Positions 1 to 10,023 of a DNA stretch of 64,000 bases are shown one piece after another. Location of the stretch: assembly GCA_964035575.1 (NCBI GenBank), contig OZ037837.1, positions 930,001 to 994,000 of the forward strand, in the 5' to 3' direction. The stretch is from Rhynchopus sp. YZ270_cl-10. Its lineage: Eukaryota. Below the pieces are notes generated by a model. That model had not been told where the DNA came from. It did no database searches and worked only from the letters and a program-made list of their open reading frames with translations. Both the position numbers and the translations under genes were made by a program. Numbering within the stretch: the first letter of the stretch is position 1; every line of letters starts with the position of its first letter.

Positions 1-75
1 ACAGTACAGTACAGTACAGTACAGTACAGTACAGTACAGTACAGTACAGTACAGTACAGTACAGTACAGTACAGT
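1..75. repeat. (ACAGT)n microsatellite, truncated by window edge
   Basis: Perfect 5-bp tandem repeat seen directly. Confidence 0.97.
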
Positions 76-1538
76 AACTAGCGATTCACATATCAGCCAA
101 AATCTCGTTAAGCGTATACTTCTGGTCCTCGTTCTCTTAATAAACCACAGATGCAATTTTTTGAGCCTGTGACCCCACATTTAACTCATTTCGATCCGCT
201 GATTTCAATCCCAAAAAAATTCAAAACAATGTTTGTTGAAATTTTCTGGCTTTTCTGAACTTTTTCGCTCCTTTTCTGGTCGAGCAGCCATTTTCACTTT
301 TCTGGTGTAGGGGTAGGTTTTCTGGGTGGTACAGTGGTGTGTCTGGGCACCTGGGTGCTGGTGTATTTTCGGCCCAGGTACCCAGACCCATGCAGTGGCA
401 CATGACCTCTAGTGTGAGTGACCCACGCAGGAGGGAATGTATACAGGTACACAGGTAAAACCCGTTAAAATTGTGTGTAAAAGTTCCTCAAAGCCAAAAA
501 AGTTCAACAAAGCCCTGTTTTCACCTCCCAAAAAGTCGTTTTCTCTTGATTCGTGATTTCTGAGTGTGCACTCAGAAATCACTTATCAAGAAAACGACTT
601 TTCTGGTCGATAAAAATAGCTATTTGTGAAATAGTGTCGGCAGGTTTTTTCACTTTTTGATCTCCGACGCCTGAGGTGAAGTTGTCTTCCAAACACCCCG
701 AAAATAGGCGTATATCACTGTGTTAAACCCAAGGAGGAAATTTCCTCACCGTACATGGCACTGTGCAGTGCTCAGTACATAGTACCCATTCTCCCGCCGT
801 CCACTCGCTCGCCCCAGATGCATATTTCTGAGCGTCCGACCGGAATTAAACGTTTTCGCACCCTATCTTTCCAAGAATATTTTTTTTTCAGAATGTGCCC
901 GGGCCATAAAATCGATAAATTCTACGGGTTCACAGTCTAGTACGCTTGAGGCAGGGGGTGTAATATTTTCATTTAATTCACAAAACCATGTGGCTGACGA
1001 CCCCAAAATAGCACAGTGTGACAGAGTCAGAACAGCATTGGTTCACTCCAAACGCGTCAGCATCGGGGGAGGTGTTGGCGACATACGACCTGCACACCAC
1101 ACACGACACTGCTGTAGTGCACATTCTGCACAACTAATCTACGGCGAGGTCGTTGCGAAGCAGTACTGGGTGCAAGGCGCAGCGGTACAGCACAGGCAAA
1201 GTTCCACGGGGAGTCCGGCATTGCGACTATGAAGGAAGCTTACCCTGAAGTTGCATAGGGGGGTCTGGGTGGCATATACTTTACCCCCCCCCCCCCACAC
1301 GACGGTGAAGAATGGTACATCACAAGTGAAGTCAAGTTACTCTTAACGTCACAAGTGAAAAATGGGTACAAATGTCACTAATAACGTTACAAGTGCCACA
1401 CGTATGTGGGAGGAGCCGTTTACATGTACCCGGATTAGTACGACACATTGCGCGCGGGCGCTGCGAGCGAAGCCTTTGCGCGAAGCGCAAAGGCGAGCGA
1501 GCCGGGGGGGTCTGGGGGGGCGGAGCCCCCCCAGAAAA

Positions 1539-2110
1539 ATTTTAGGGTGTTGTTTTGGCTCTAATTGCCCAAAATTGTGTTTTTCGAACCGAATGACCCC
1601 CTCCTCTGAGTTCACCATATTTTTGCTCGATTTATTTAGTGGAGTAGAACCCCCCTAAACGGCTATTTAAACCCAAAAACACACATTCAAAATAAATAGT
1701 GTTAGAGATTTGCCGTACAAATATGGCTGTAGAAATAGGCCAATTTTTTTTGTGAAAATGGGGGTCGGGGACCTTGTATTTAGAAAAATTGCTGGGTAAT
1801 TTTTTTCCAAAAAAAATGACGTATTTGGACGTTTTCGCGCTCGATCTTCCCAATCAAAAAAAAACCAATAGCTATTTTTCACAACCTGGTCTGGTTACTT
1901 TACCCACTCAGCCAAAAAGTGGGATTTTCCAAAACTGATTCTTGTATTTTAGGGTGTTGTTTTGGCTCTAATTGCCCAAAATTGTGTTTTTCGAACCGAA
2001 TGACCCCCTCCTCTGAGTTCACCATATTTTTGCTCGATTTATTTAGTGGAGTAGAACCCCCCTAAACGGCTATTTAAACCCAAAAACACACATTCAAAAT
2101 AAATAGTGTT
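1539..2110. repeat. 165-bp direct repeat pair (1539-1703 and 1946-2110)
   Basis: Both copies read attttagggtgttgttttggctc...aaataaatagtgtt and appear identical. Confidence 0.9.
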
Positions 2111-2507
2111 GAAAAATAAAATAAAAAAACTAAAAAAAAACTTCGAAACAAAACTGAAGAACAGCTCAAAAAAAAATAATGAAAAACAATAGAAGAATAA
2201 TCATAAACTTTTGTAAGATGGATGGAGAAAGAGGGAATCCCTGAGATGAATGTGCCTCTCATGCACACACATTTCAAGGGGGGAATGAGAAGAGAGAAAT
2301 AAAAAGTGATTTTTGGGGAAGGATAAAAGAAAGCAAAAGAGAGAGAGAGAGAGAGAGAAAGGGAAAAGGAATTTCAACATAATGCAATCACAATAAATTG
2401 GAAGCATAGGTATAGGGATTCAACAATTGTTTCATATACTAACTATTCTACTGAATAGATGGTATAATAGGGTGCACTAAATGTACCCAAACTTTTTTTT
2501 TACTTTA

Positions 2508-3708
2508 GGGTACTCTCACTTTTTCTTTTGTTTCCTGTCCCCGCCCGCTCGGATTTTTCAGGGAGAAAAAAAAAAAAAAGTGGGCAAAAAAAAAAAGTGT
2601 ACAGGGTTTCCACCAAGGTGGACCGGGGTGGGACCATGCCCACCCCACTATTTTTTCCAGAAAAATCCGGATTTTCACAGGGTTCGGGGGTACATGGTGA
2701 CCCCCGAGAAAAATGGGGTTTGGAGGTTGTAGATGACCCCCCGTGGTCATGCGACCAGAGCATTTGGCACGTTGTGCCGGGCAAGTAGTGGAGTTCATCC
2801 TCGGGTGTCTACACTAACACAACCAAGTTTTCAAAAAAGAAAAAAAGTAGCGTACCGTGCGCCTGCGGCGCTGTGTTGCTGACTACTGCAACATCCCCAC
2901 AAGGCAGAGAACTGCACGCTCCAATCTGAGCCCCACGGTGGAGAGCAATCGGCTCGTGCAATCAAAAGAAAATGGCACGAGTAAAAAAAGTTGGTAACGT
3001 GCGCCTGCGGCGCTGCCTGTTTTCTACCAGTTGTACAGGCGAACACTTGGCCCCCCTTTACCTTACACTGACGGGTTTTGACCAAAACCAAAAACTTGTC
3101 CATTTTGGAAAATTGACCCCACCACAGAACGGACGGATTCCGGAAATGCAAATGCCGGTGTTTTCGGGCACTTTCGTGTTTTCAGACGTCAGGATCAGGA
3201 AGAGAAAATCTGGATTTGGGATTTCCCTACATGGATTTTGACCAAAACCAAGAATTTGGCCATTTCGGTAAAGTGACCCCACCCTGGCCACCACAGCGCG
3301 GACGGGTTCCGGAAATGCCACCCGTGGTACGTTTTGGGGCTGAAAACCCACTTTTTTCAGGGGAAAAAATTGCTTCCAAATGTCGGAATTTTCCGAATTT
3401 TCCGGAAAATTTCCAGAATTAGACTGAAAATGACCCTTGTTTACGAGTATGGGTTCATATTTTGCGAAAATTTAAGTCACTGAAATTTTGTCCATTTTTC
3501 CGAATATCCCCCACCACAAGCCGGGATTGGCTCGGAACTGCAACAAAACGCCCTCTTGGGCGGAAAAATACCGCACAGGGTTTTTTTCCCCCTTCACTTT
3601 TTTTTTTTCTCCACTTTTTTTTTTTGCTTCACTTTTTTTTTCCCGCCCGCCCGCTCGGATTTTTGGGAAGCCCAAGGACAAGAAACAAAAGAAAAAGTGT
3701 GAGTACCC
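2508..3708. mobile_element. PIF/Harbinger (Tourist)-like non-autonomous DNA transposon, ~1.2 kb
   Basis: ~33-bp terminal inverted repeats (GGGTACTCTCACTTTTTCTTTTGTTTCCTGTCC ... GGACAAGAAACAAAAGAAAAAGTGTGAGTACCC) flanked on both sides by TTA. GGG-start TIRs with a TWA TSD are the established PIF/Harbinger signature. No transposase ORF. Confidence 0.75.
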
Positions 3709-4200
3709 TTATGTGGATTGTTTGTTATAGGGGATTCAACAATAAATGTTCCCAACTTTCTTGATAAATTGTTGGAGTAGTGTAGTTGCCTCGGTTGTGT
3801 TGCCACAGTTGTGCAATCTCCACTGTCCCCTTCTTTTTATGTGGTATGTTTTGCAAGAAAAAAAAAAAGCAAAAGGAAAATTTTGCGGGTTTTAAAACCA
3901 GGGTGGGGGAAATTCCTGTGCGGAACATTACCCATTTCAGTGCTAAGTCACAAAAAATTGCAACTGAGACTGACCTTTTTTTAAAATTTCCCCAGACGCG
4001 AGCCTCAAAATGGACCCCTCGCTGGGCACGATTCCATCTGTAATAAATAAATACAAAAAGATGCAATCGCAACAACACTTCTCAAAGAAGTCAACAGCAC
4101 CCCTGAGCCTCACGGGGTCCTTTTTATTCTGTTTTTTTTTTTCTCCTCTTCTTTCTACACTGTGTTTTTTTTTTTAGCAGATCCACCTTCTTCTTTGACT

Positions 4201-7200
4201 TCAAACATGCGTAATCTGGTTGCTCTCTTCAAGACTCTCCCCTCCTGGGGTGCTTCCACTTCCCGCAAACACGCCACTACGCGACATATGCCTGCCACCT
4301 CTTGCAAATCTCGTTGAGTTCGACATTGAACGAGATCCAAATGCATTTTGCTTGAGTGGCGTCACTGGCGACGACGGAGACTCCGACGCCGTCCTGAGCG
4401 TATCACCTGTGTACGACGCTTTGTGCGAGAGCCTCACCGGCAGACGTGCCCCCCTTCCCGCAACCCCAGGCGAACCCGGTGCACTCAACAGACTCTGATC
4501 CAAGGTAATATGAGAGCCATCCATGCTGCTTTCCCTTTCCCTCTGCATAGGAAGCAACAAGGTCTCTGCCAGGTCCACCTCGACCTCGTTAGTGGTGGAT
4601 GACATATCGCTTGGAACGGATTTGGCTTCGCGAGAGAAGACACCTTCCTGGAGACGTGCTCGGGTGCGTGTCATCAGAACGTAAAGCTCGCAGCCAACGT
4701 CGAGGAGCACTTTAAGCAGAATCAAGACAGCGCAGACAATAAGAAACAATGTAGCCATGTCAAAGACAGCCCCCTTCTCGGTTTCCTGGTAGTACCCGAT
4801 GGCCATGAGGACGCAGGCAACCATCTGTGTGGATTTGATGAGGACGTCCATCAGCAGGTCGCGCATTCTGCAGAAGGGGCGCAGCACGGCGTCCATGACG
4901 AGAAGGGCGAGAAGAACTAATGTCATGGCGATGCGTACGTGCCCGCACCCGACGTATGAGTCTGTGTCAATCGCAGCAGCAGCGGAAAGTGCAAGGCTTG
5001 CGCAGAAAGTTGGAAACAAGAAGTAGACCTGAGGGGTGTCGTATGGAGTTATTATTGGGGAGTAATTCTCTTCATGAGGGGTTTTAGTAAAAAATTGTGT
5101 GTCATGGAAGAAGAAGAAGAAGAAGGAAAAAAAACTGTAAATAATAAGATGCTTTGAAGAGAACCGAGGAGGAGGTTTTCTAAATTTAGAGAAAAAAATC
5201 AAAGAATTTTTTTTTTGGACGTCCTTTTCAAATACCCCCTAAACCACACACCCCTTCTAAGCACAGAGCCACATACCTCCTTCTGCGTAAAGGACCGCAG
5301 TGCACACGTAAACCGCAATGCAAAGTGGTAGCTGGGACGTCTGCTCACCCACTCCCCTGGACCCAAGAGGAACGTGGCAACGGTGCTATCTTCACGGTCC
5401 GGCACAGGCTCGTAGAAGGCTTCTGTGGGAACATTTTTCTTGACGAGCACCAGCATATAGCATGGAAGCGCAAAGCAGATGACAGTGGTGCTGGCACCAA
5501 GGAGGAAGAGTCCTAAGGTAGGCGGGTGTGCTGTGAGGACCATGCCTGCAAGCGCAAGACCCTGGTACAGCACGATGAAGACGAACAGCGGGGCAGAGGG
5601 AAAGCGAAGCAGGCCATACGCGTCCTCAGTGTTGAAGACGCTCTGCACGGCCCCGGTCGTCTTGAACAACGCCGCCAGCGTGACGCAAAGGATTGCGGCC
5701 ACTGCAGTGATAAGCAGATTCCCCACAATGGCTCCGGCCGCCATGCTCCCAGACACCTCGAAACGCAGGGGGTGGAAGTACCACGGAAACTCCTTCTCCA
5801 CGCCGCACCCCATAGCGATCAGGGCAAGGTGCATCCCAGGTGCGCCAAGGATGCCGCCAATCGCTCCGATGGTTGTGACCATGGCAGGCCCCTCGTATGG
5901 CTCGCGTCGTGCCATCTCCAATTCAGGCTCGGATGTGTTGCGCATGCTTGCGTGTCTGCCGGGGGCCTCGCTCACAGGTGCCAGAGTAGGTGACGAGGTT
6001 GTGACCTGAGCGGGTGACACAGTCCGCGCAGGTGTGGCTGTGTTCGGCGCAAGCGAAGGGATCGGCGCAAACGTCGCGCTAATCAGAGGTGCGTTCGTGC
6101 GTGGCGTGCGCGGTGCAAACGTGAACGTCCTCCGCGGCGCAAACGTCACCGGTGCCCGTGTCGCAGGTGCTGCCGTCACTGGTGGCCTAGTCGGGGGTGC
6201 CAAAGTAGGTGGCGGAAGTGTAACCGGTGGCCGAGTGGGTGGTGCCTGCGTATCAGGTGGTAGTGTGCGTGGTGCCATGGTGCGTGGTGCTGTGGTGGCT
6301 GGGGGCTGTGTTGGTGGCGCTCTCGTTGCCGGTGCGTCCGTTGGTGGTGATGGAGTTGCAGGTGCAGGGGTTGGTGGTGATGGCGTTAGTGGTGCGGGTG
6401 TGGGTGGTGACGGAGAAAGCGGTGCAGGTGTTGGCGGTGCTGGGGTTGGTGGGGACGGCGTTGCTGGTGCCGGTGTCGGTGGTGACGGTGTCGGTGGGGA
6501 AACGGTTGGCGGTGCCGGTGTTGGTGGTGCTGGGGAAATTGGTGCAGGTGTTGGTGGTGCTGGTGTCGGTGGCGAAGCCGTCAGTGGTGCAGGTGTGGGT
6601 GGTGACGGTGTCGGTGGCGATGGAGTTGGTGGTGAAGGTGTCGGAGGACTCGGAGTCGGTGGTGACGGTGTGGGTGGCGCCGGCGTGGGTGGGGATGGTG
6701 TCGGAGGACTGGGTGTTGGTGGTGACGGTGTGGGTGGGGATGGTGTTGGCGGTGCAGGTGTCGGCGGGGAAGGCGTCGGTGGTGACGGTGTCGGTGGACT
6801 GGGTGTCGGTGGTGACGGTGTTGGTGGTGATGGAGTAGGTGGGGAAGGTGTCGGCGGACTCGGTGTCGGTGGCGATGGAGTTGGCGGTGACGGTGTCGGC
6901 GGGGCAGGTGTTGGGGGTGACGGTGTCGGTGGACTAGGTGTCGGTGGCGACGGAGTTGGTGGCGCTGGAGTTGGCGGCGACGGTGTCGGGGGACTCGGTG
7001 TCGGTGGTGACGGTGTCGGAGGTGACGGTGTCGGCGGCGACGGTGTGGGTGGGGATGGAGTTGGGGGCGACGGTGTCGGGGGACTCGGTGTCGGTGGTGA
7101 CGGTGTCGGTGGCGCTGGAGTTGGCGGCGACGGTGTGGGTGGGGAAGGTGTCGGTGGTGACGGTGTCGGGGGACTCGGAGTCGGTGGCGAAGGAGTCGGA

Positions 7201-7865
7201 GGACTAGGAGTCGGCGGTGCCGGTGTGGGTGGCGATGGAGTTGGCGGCGACGGTGTCGGCGGGGCAGGTGTTGGGGGTGACGGAGTCGGTGGACTGGGTG
7301 TCGGTGGTGCCGGCGTTGGTGGCGACCGTGTCGGTGTGGCAGTGGGCGGCGCCTGCGTGGGCGGCGCTGGTGTTGGGGGCGCAGGTGTGATGACTTCGAA
7401 GTCCACCTCCACTACGTACGCTTGGTAGAAGGTGTACCTGTTTGTGATGAAGAAACGCCAGTAGCGCGACACCACACCGTTGAACGTTGTGGACTGCTGA
7501 CCGTTTGTCACGCCGCCTACACCCGACGCAACCTGTGTCCAGGGACCACTGGGCAGCGGCGCCGTGTCCAGATGCCAATCCTTGGGGTCGTGGGTACGAT
7601 CCCCCGAAGCCCAGAACGAGAATGTGTTCCAGTGGTAGCTTGTGCCAAAGTCGAATATGACCCAGTTCACCTTCCCCCACCCGATGATGTGCCCAGCATC
7701 CCACTTCCCTGTTGACAGCGAGCCGTCAACAATCTTCTCGATGGGCCCACGTTGCGGGTGGTGGTCGCTGTAGTCGTTCACAATGGGCTTGATGCTGTGC
7801 ACCACACCCACGCAAGCACAGAGGAGCAGTGCCTTCAGCATTATGTCCGCAGGTTTGTTGTTCAT
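4201..7865 (-). CDS. Surface/membrane protein: signal peptide, F5/8 type C (discoidin-like) domain, ([10 protein letters not shown])n stalk, ~7-8 TM helices, Ser-rich tail; exons 7865-5277 and 5028-4201 (~1138 aa)
   Basis: Signal-like [16 protein letters not shown]. Discoidin-like motifs (IVDG...[23 protein letters not shown]...VVEVDF). Phase-0 GT-AG intron 5029-5276 (gag|gtatgt ... ctcag|gtctac) joins the 915-aa and 333-aa ORFs in frame (FTQKE|VYFLF). Confidence 0.82.
6200..7385 (-). repeat. Coding 15-bp tandem repeat encoding [10 protein letters not shown]
   Basis: Variation is mostly at third codon positions on the minus strand, consistent with a coding Pro/Thr stalk. Confidence 0.9.
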
Positions 7866-7919
7866 AGCTGGAGGGACGTGGAAAGGGGAGGGAGGAGGGG
7901 AAGGGAGAGGGGGAGGAGA

Positions 7920-8162
7920 CACGACGGGACCAGGGACAAGTGACAAGTGAAAATGACAAGTGCTTTAATTTTCCTTCCTTCAAAACTACACAACGCTTTT
8001 TGGTTTTTGGGAGACACACAAGGTGCCAGGTTATATGACATGCACGGAACCACCCTGCACCTGTTTGTCATATCGTTTCCCGTGCAATACATGAAGAAAC
8101 GTTTCGCACTCGAAACTAGGGTGACTTATTTGTCATTTCGCTTGTCACTGGGTCCCGTCGTG
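7920..8162. mobile_element. MITE with CAC...GTG termini (CMC/CACTA-like?)
   Basis: TIRs CACGACGGGACC...GGTCCCGTCGTG with subterminal TGACAA motifs and GA on both flanks. The interior recurs at ~56755-56911. Confidence 0.6.
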
Positions 8163-8403
8163 GAGGGAAGGCACAGTAGGTGAGGGGGCGGTATCGTTCA
8201 TAAATAAAAACATTCTCAAAAAAAAGGAGACGCCACGTGCAGTGCGTGGGGTTCACGACGACCAAAGGGGTTGAACCCGACGCCTTCTTTTGCATCTGTC
8301 AGCATTGCTTCGTTGCTCGCTTCCATCCATCCTTACAGCAGGGATGGTGTCGTTGTGAGTGTCTCGAGTTGTGGGCTTGCTAGGGGGGTTAGTCTGCAGT
8401 TTT

Positions 8404-9381
8404 CTAAGGGTCGTCCACCACAAGCTCCTTCAGAGGCCCGTTCCTAACGTCGTGCGAGACAACACTGCTGCAGCCAGAGAGTGCAATGCTCTTCAACGAA
8501 GTGCAGCCCACAGCAAAGTGGCTGCCAAGTGCTGTCACACTGCGCAACGGCGACAAGTCTAGTGTTGCTAAGGCTTCGCAGCAGTGAAGAAAGTGTTTGT
8601 CTACATGCAATACGCTTCTGAATGGTGACAAGTCGAGTCTTTCAATGCTTTTGCAGTAGGAGAGAAAGTTGCAGCCAATATGCTTGACGTAGACGAATGC
8701 TGATAAATCAAGCGCCGTTAAGCTGTGGCAGTTGTAGAGAAACTGGTCAGTAATGTGCGTAATTCTGAGCAACGGTGGCAGGGCGAGCTCTGTTAGATTT
8801 GCGCAGTTGAACAAAAAACCGCTGGCAACGTGCATCAGACTGCCTAGTGGCGCCAAATCAAGTGTTGTCAGCATGGTGCAGTTGTTCAGAAAGTCATAAC
8901 CGACCTGGCGCAGCTTGCTCAACCCAGAGAGGTCGATTCTTGTCAACGAGGTGCAGTCCATCAGAAAATCGTCACCAATTTCCGTGACACACGAAACAGC
9001 ACTCAGATCAAGTGTTGTCAACGCTGAGCAGAAGAAAAAGAACTTCGGAATGACCGTCGCAACCTCCGCCTGCAGAAGCAAACACGCCACCACAGGATCC
9101 TCCACAGTCACCAGCCTCTCTGCAGTGATATCGGTCTCACCCAACGCATGAAGCTCTGCAAGGGCTTCGTACTTCTTCGTCTTCGTCAGCACGACTGTGT
9201 CTCCAGCACTCAGCTGCGTGATGTCCTCTCCTTCCTGCTTCCCTCCGAAGCCCATGTGGAAGCTGTCCTCAGCCAACCCTGCTGCAGTCGCCACCTTCTG
9301 CCGCATCGTCTCTGTTGTGTCATCCACACCCACCTCGATCACGCATTCCTTCTCATCAAAGCACTTCACTGAGACCTGCAT
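8404..9381 (-). CDS. Ubiquitin-like domain + 24-aa BspA-like leucine-rich repeat protein (~325 aa)
   Basis: N-terminal MQVSVKCFDEKECVIEVGVDDTTETMRQKV...FGGK...LSAGDTVVL resembles a beta-grasp UBL. It is followed by LxxLDLSxxxxVxxIGxxFLxxC repeats. Paralogues occur in the window. Confidence 0.85.
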   Translation of the reverse strand: MQVSVKCFDEKECVIEVGVDDTTETMRQKVATAAGLAEDSFHMGFGGKQEGEDITQLSAGDTVVLTKTKKYEALAELHALGETDITAERLVTVEDPVVACLLLQAEVATVIPKFFFFCSALTTLDLSAVSCVTEIGDDFLMDCTSLTRIDLSGLSKLRQVGYDFLNNCTMLTTLDLAPLGSLMHVASGFLFNCANLTELALPPLLRITHITDQFLYNCHSLTALDLSAFVYVKHIGCNFLSYCKSIERLDLSPFRSVLHVDKHFLHCCEALATLDLSPLRSVTALGSHFAVGCTSLKSIALSGCSSVVSHDVRNGPLKELVVDDP

Positions 9382-9671
9382 GGTTACTGCTATTGTTCTC
9401 TGTGCGTGTAATATACTAGGGATATTGTTCGGTAGTGAGGGTGGGGGAACACAACGTAGACTCATAGACTAGTTGGGATTGGCCCTTTTTTCGGATCCCA
9501 AAAATTCGTGGGCCACATTCGGATCTTGTTCGACAGAAATGTGTCAGTTTTGATGGCACCGTTTGTGCGTGTAAATGTCGTAGGAAAAAAAAATCATTCG
9601 GGTAGAGGCAGATAGCGCTCTTCGTCTCTGTGAGACAATACAAAAGACTAAACTACCGTCGCTCCTAATGT

Positions 9672-9780
9672 GGTGTGGCCGAAAAATGTACATTTTTTGT
9701 GGAATTCTAGTGGACTTTGTAGTGGAGGAGACTTAAAGCGTGGGTACAGTGCAGGGAAAATAGCTGGTTTCAGCCACACC
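9672..9780. mobile_element. Short TIR element (GGTGTGGCYGA family)
   Basis: GGTGTGGCCGAAA ... TTTCAGCCACACC. The same termini occur at 18643/26704 and 59603-59664. No clean TSD. Confidence 0.45.
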
Positions 9781-10023
9781 AGACTAATATTAAAAAAGTG
9801 TAACATTGTGTATTCAGTGAAGACTTTGCTTCTTGGTTGGAAAACGGAGAAAGATCAAAACACTGATGCGGGTAAATATAACAAAACAAAAGCAAAAAAA
9901 ATAAACACAGCGAAACACTGAGTTGTGCCTCGCGAATATTGGGACGTTAGCCCTGATTGCGTTTTCTTAGCATTTGAACGATTCTCAACATGTTTTACGG
10001 AAACGGTAACAAGACCCTCCACG

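Noticed and set aside
6034..7428. 464-aa Gly-rich plus-strand ORF
   Set aside because: It is the antisense shadow of the Pro/Thr repeat of the minus-strand gene.
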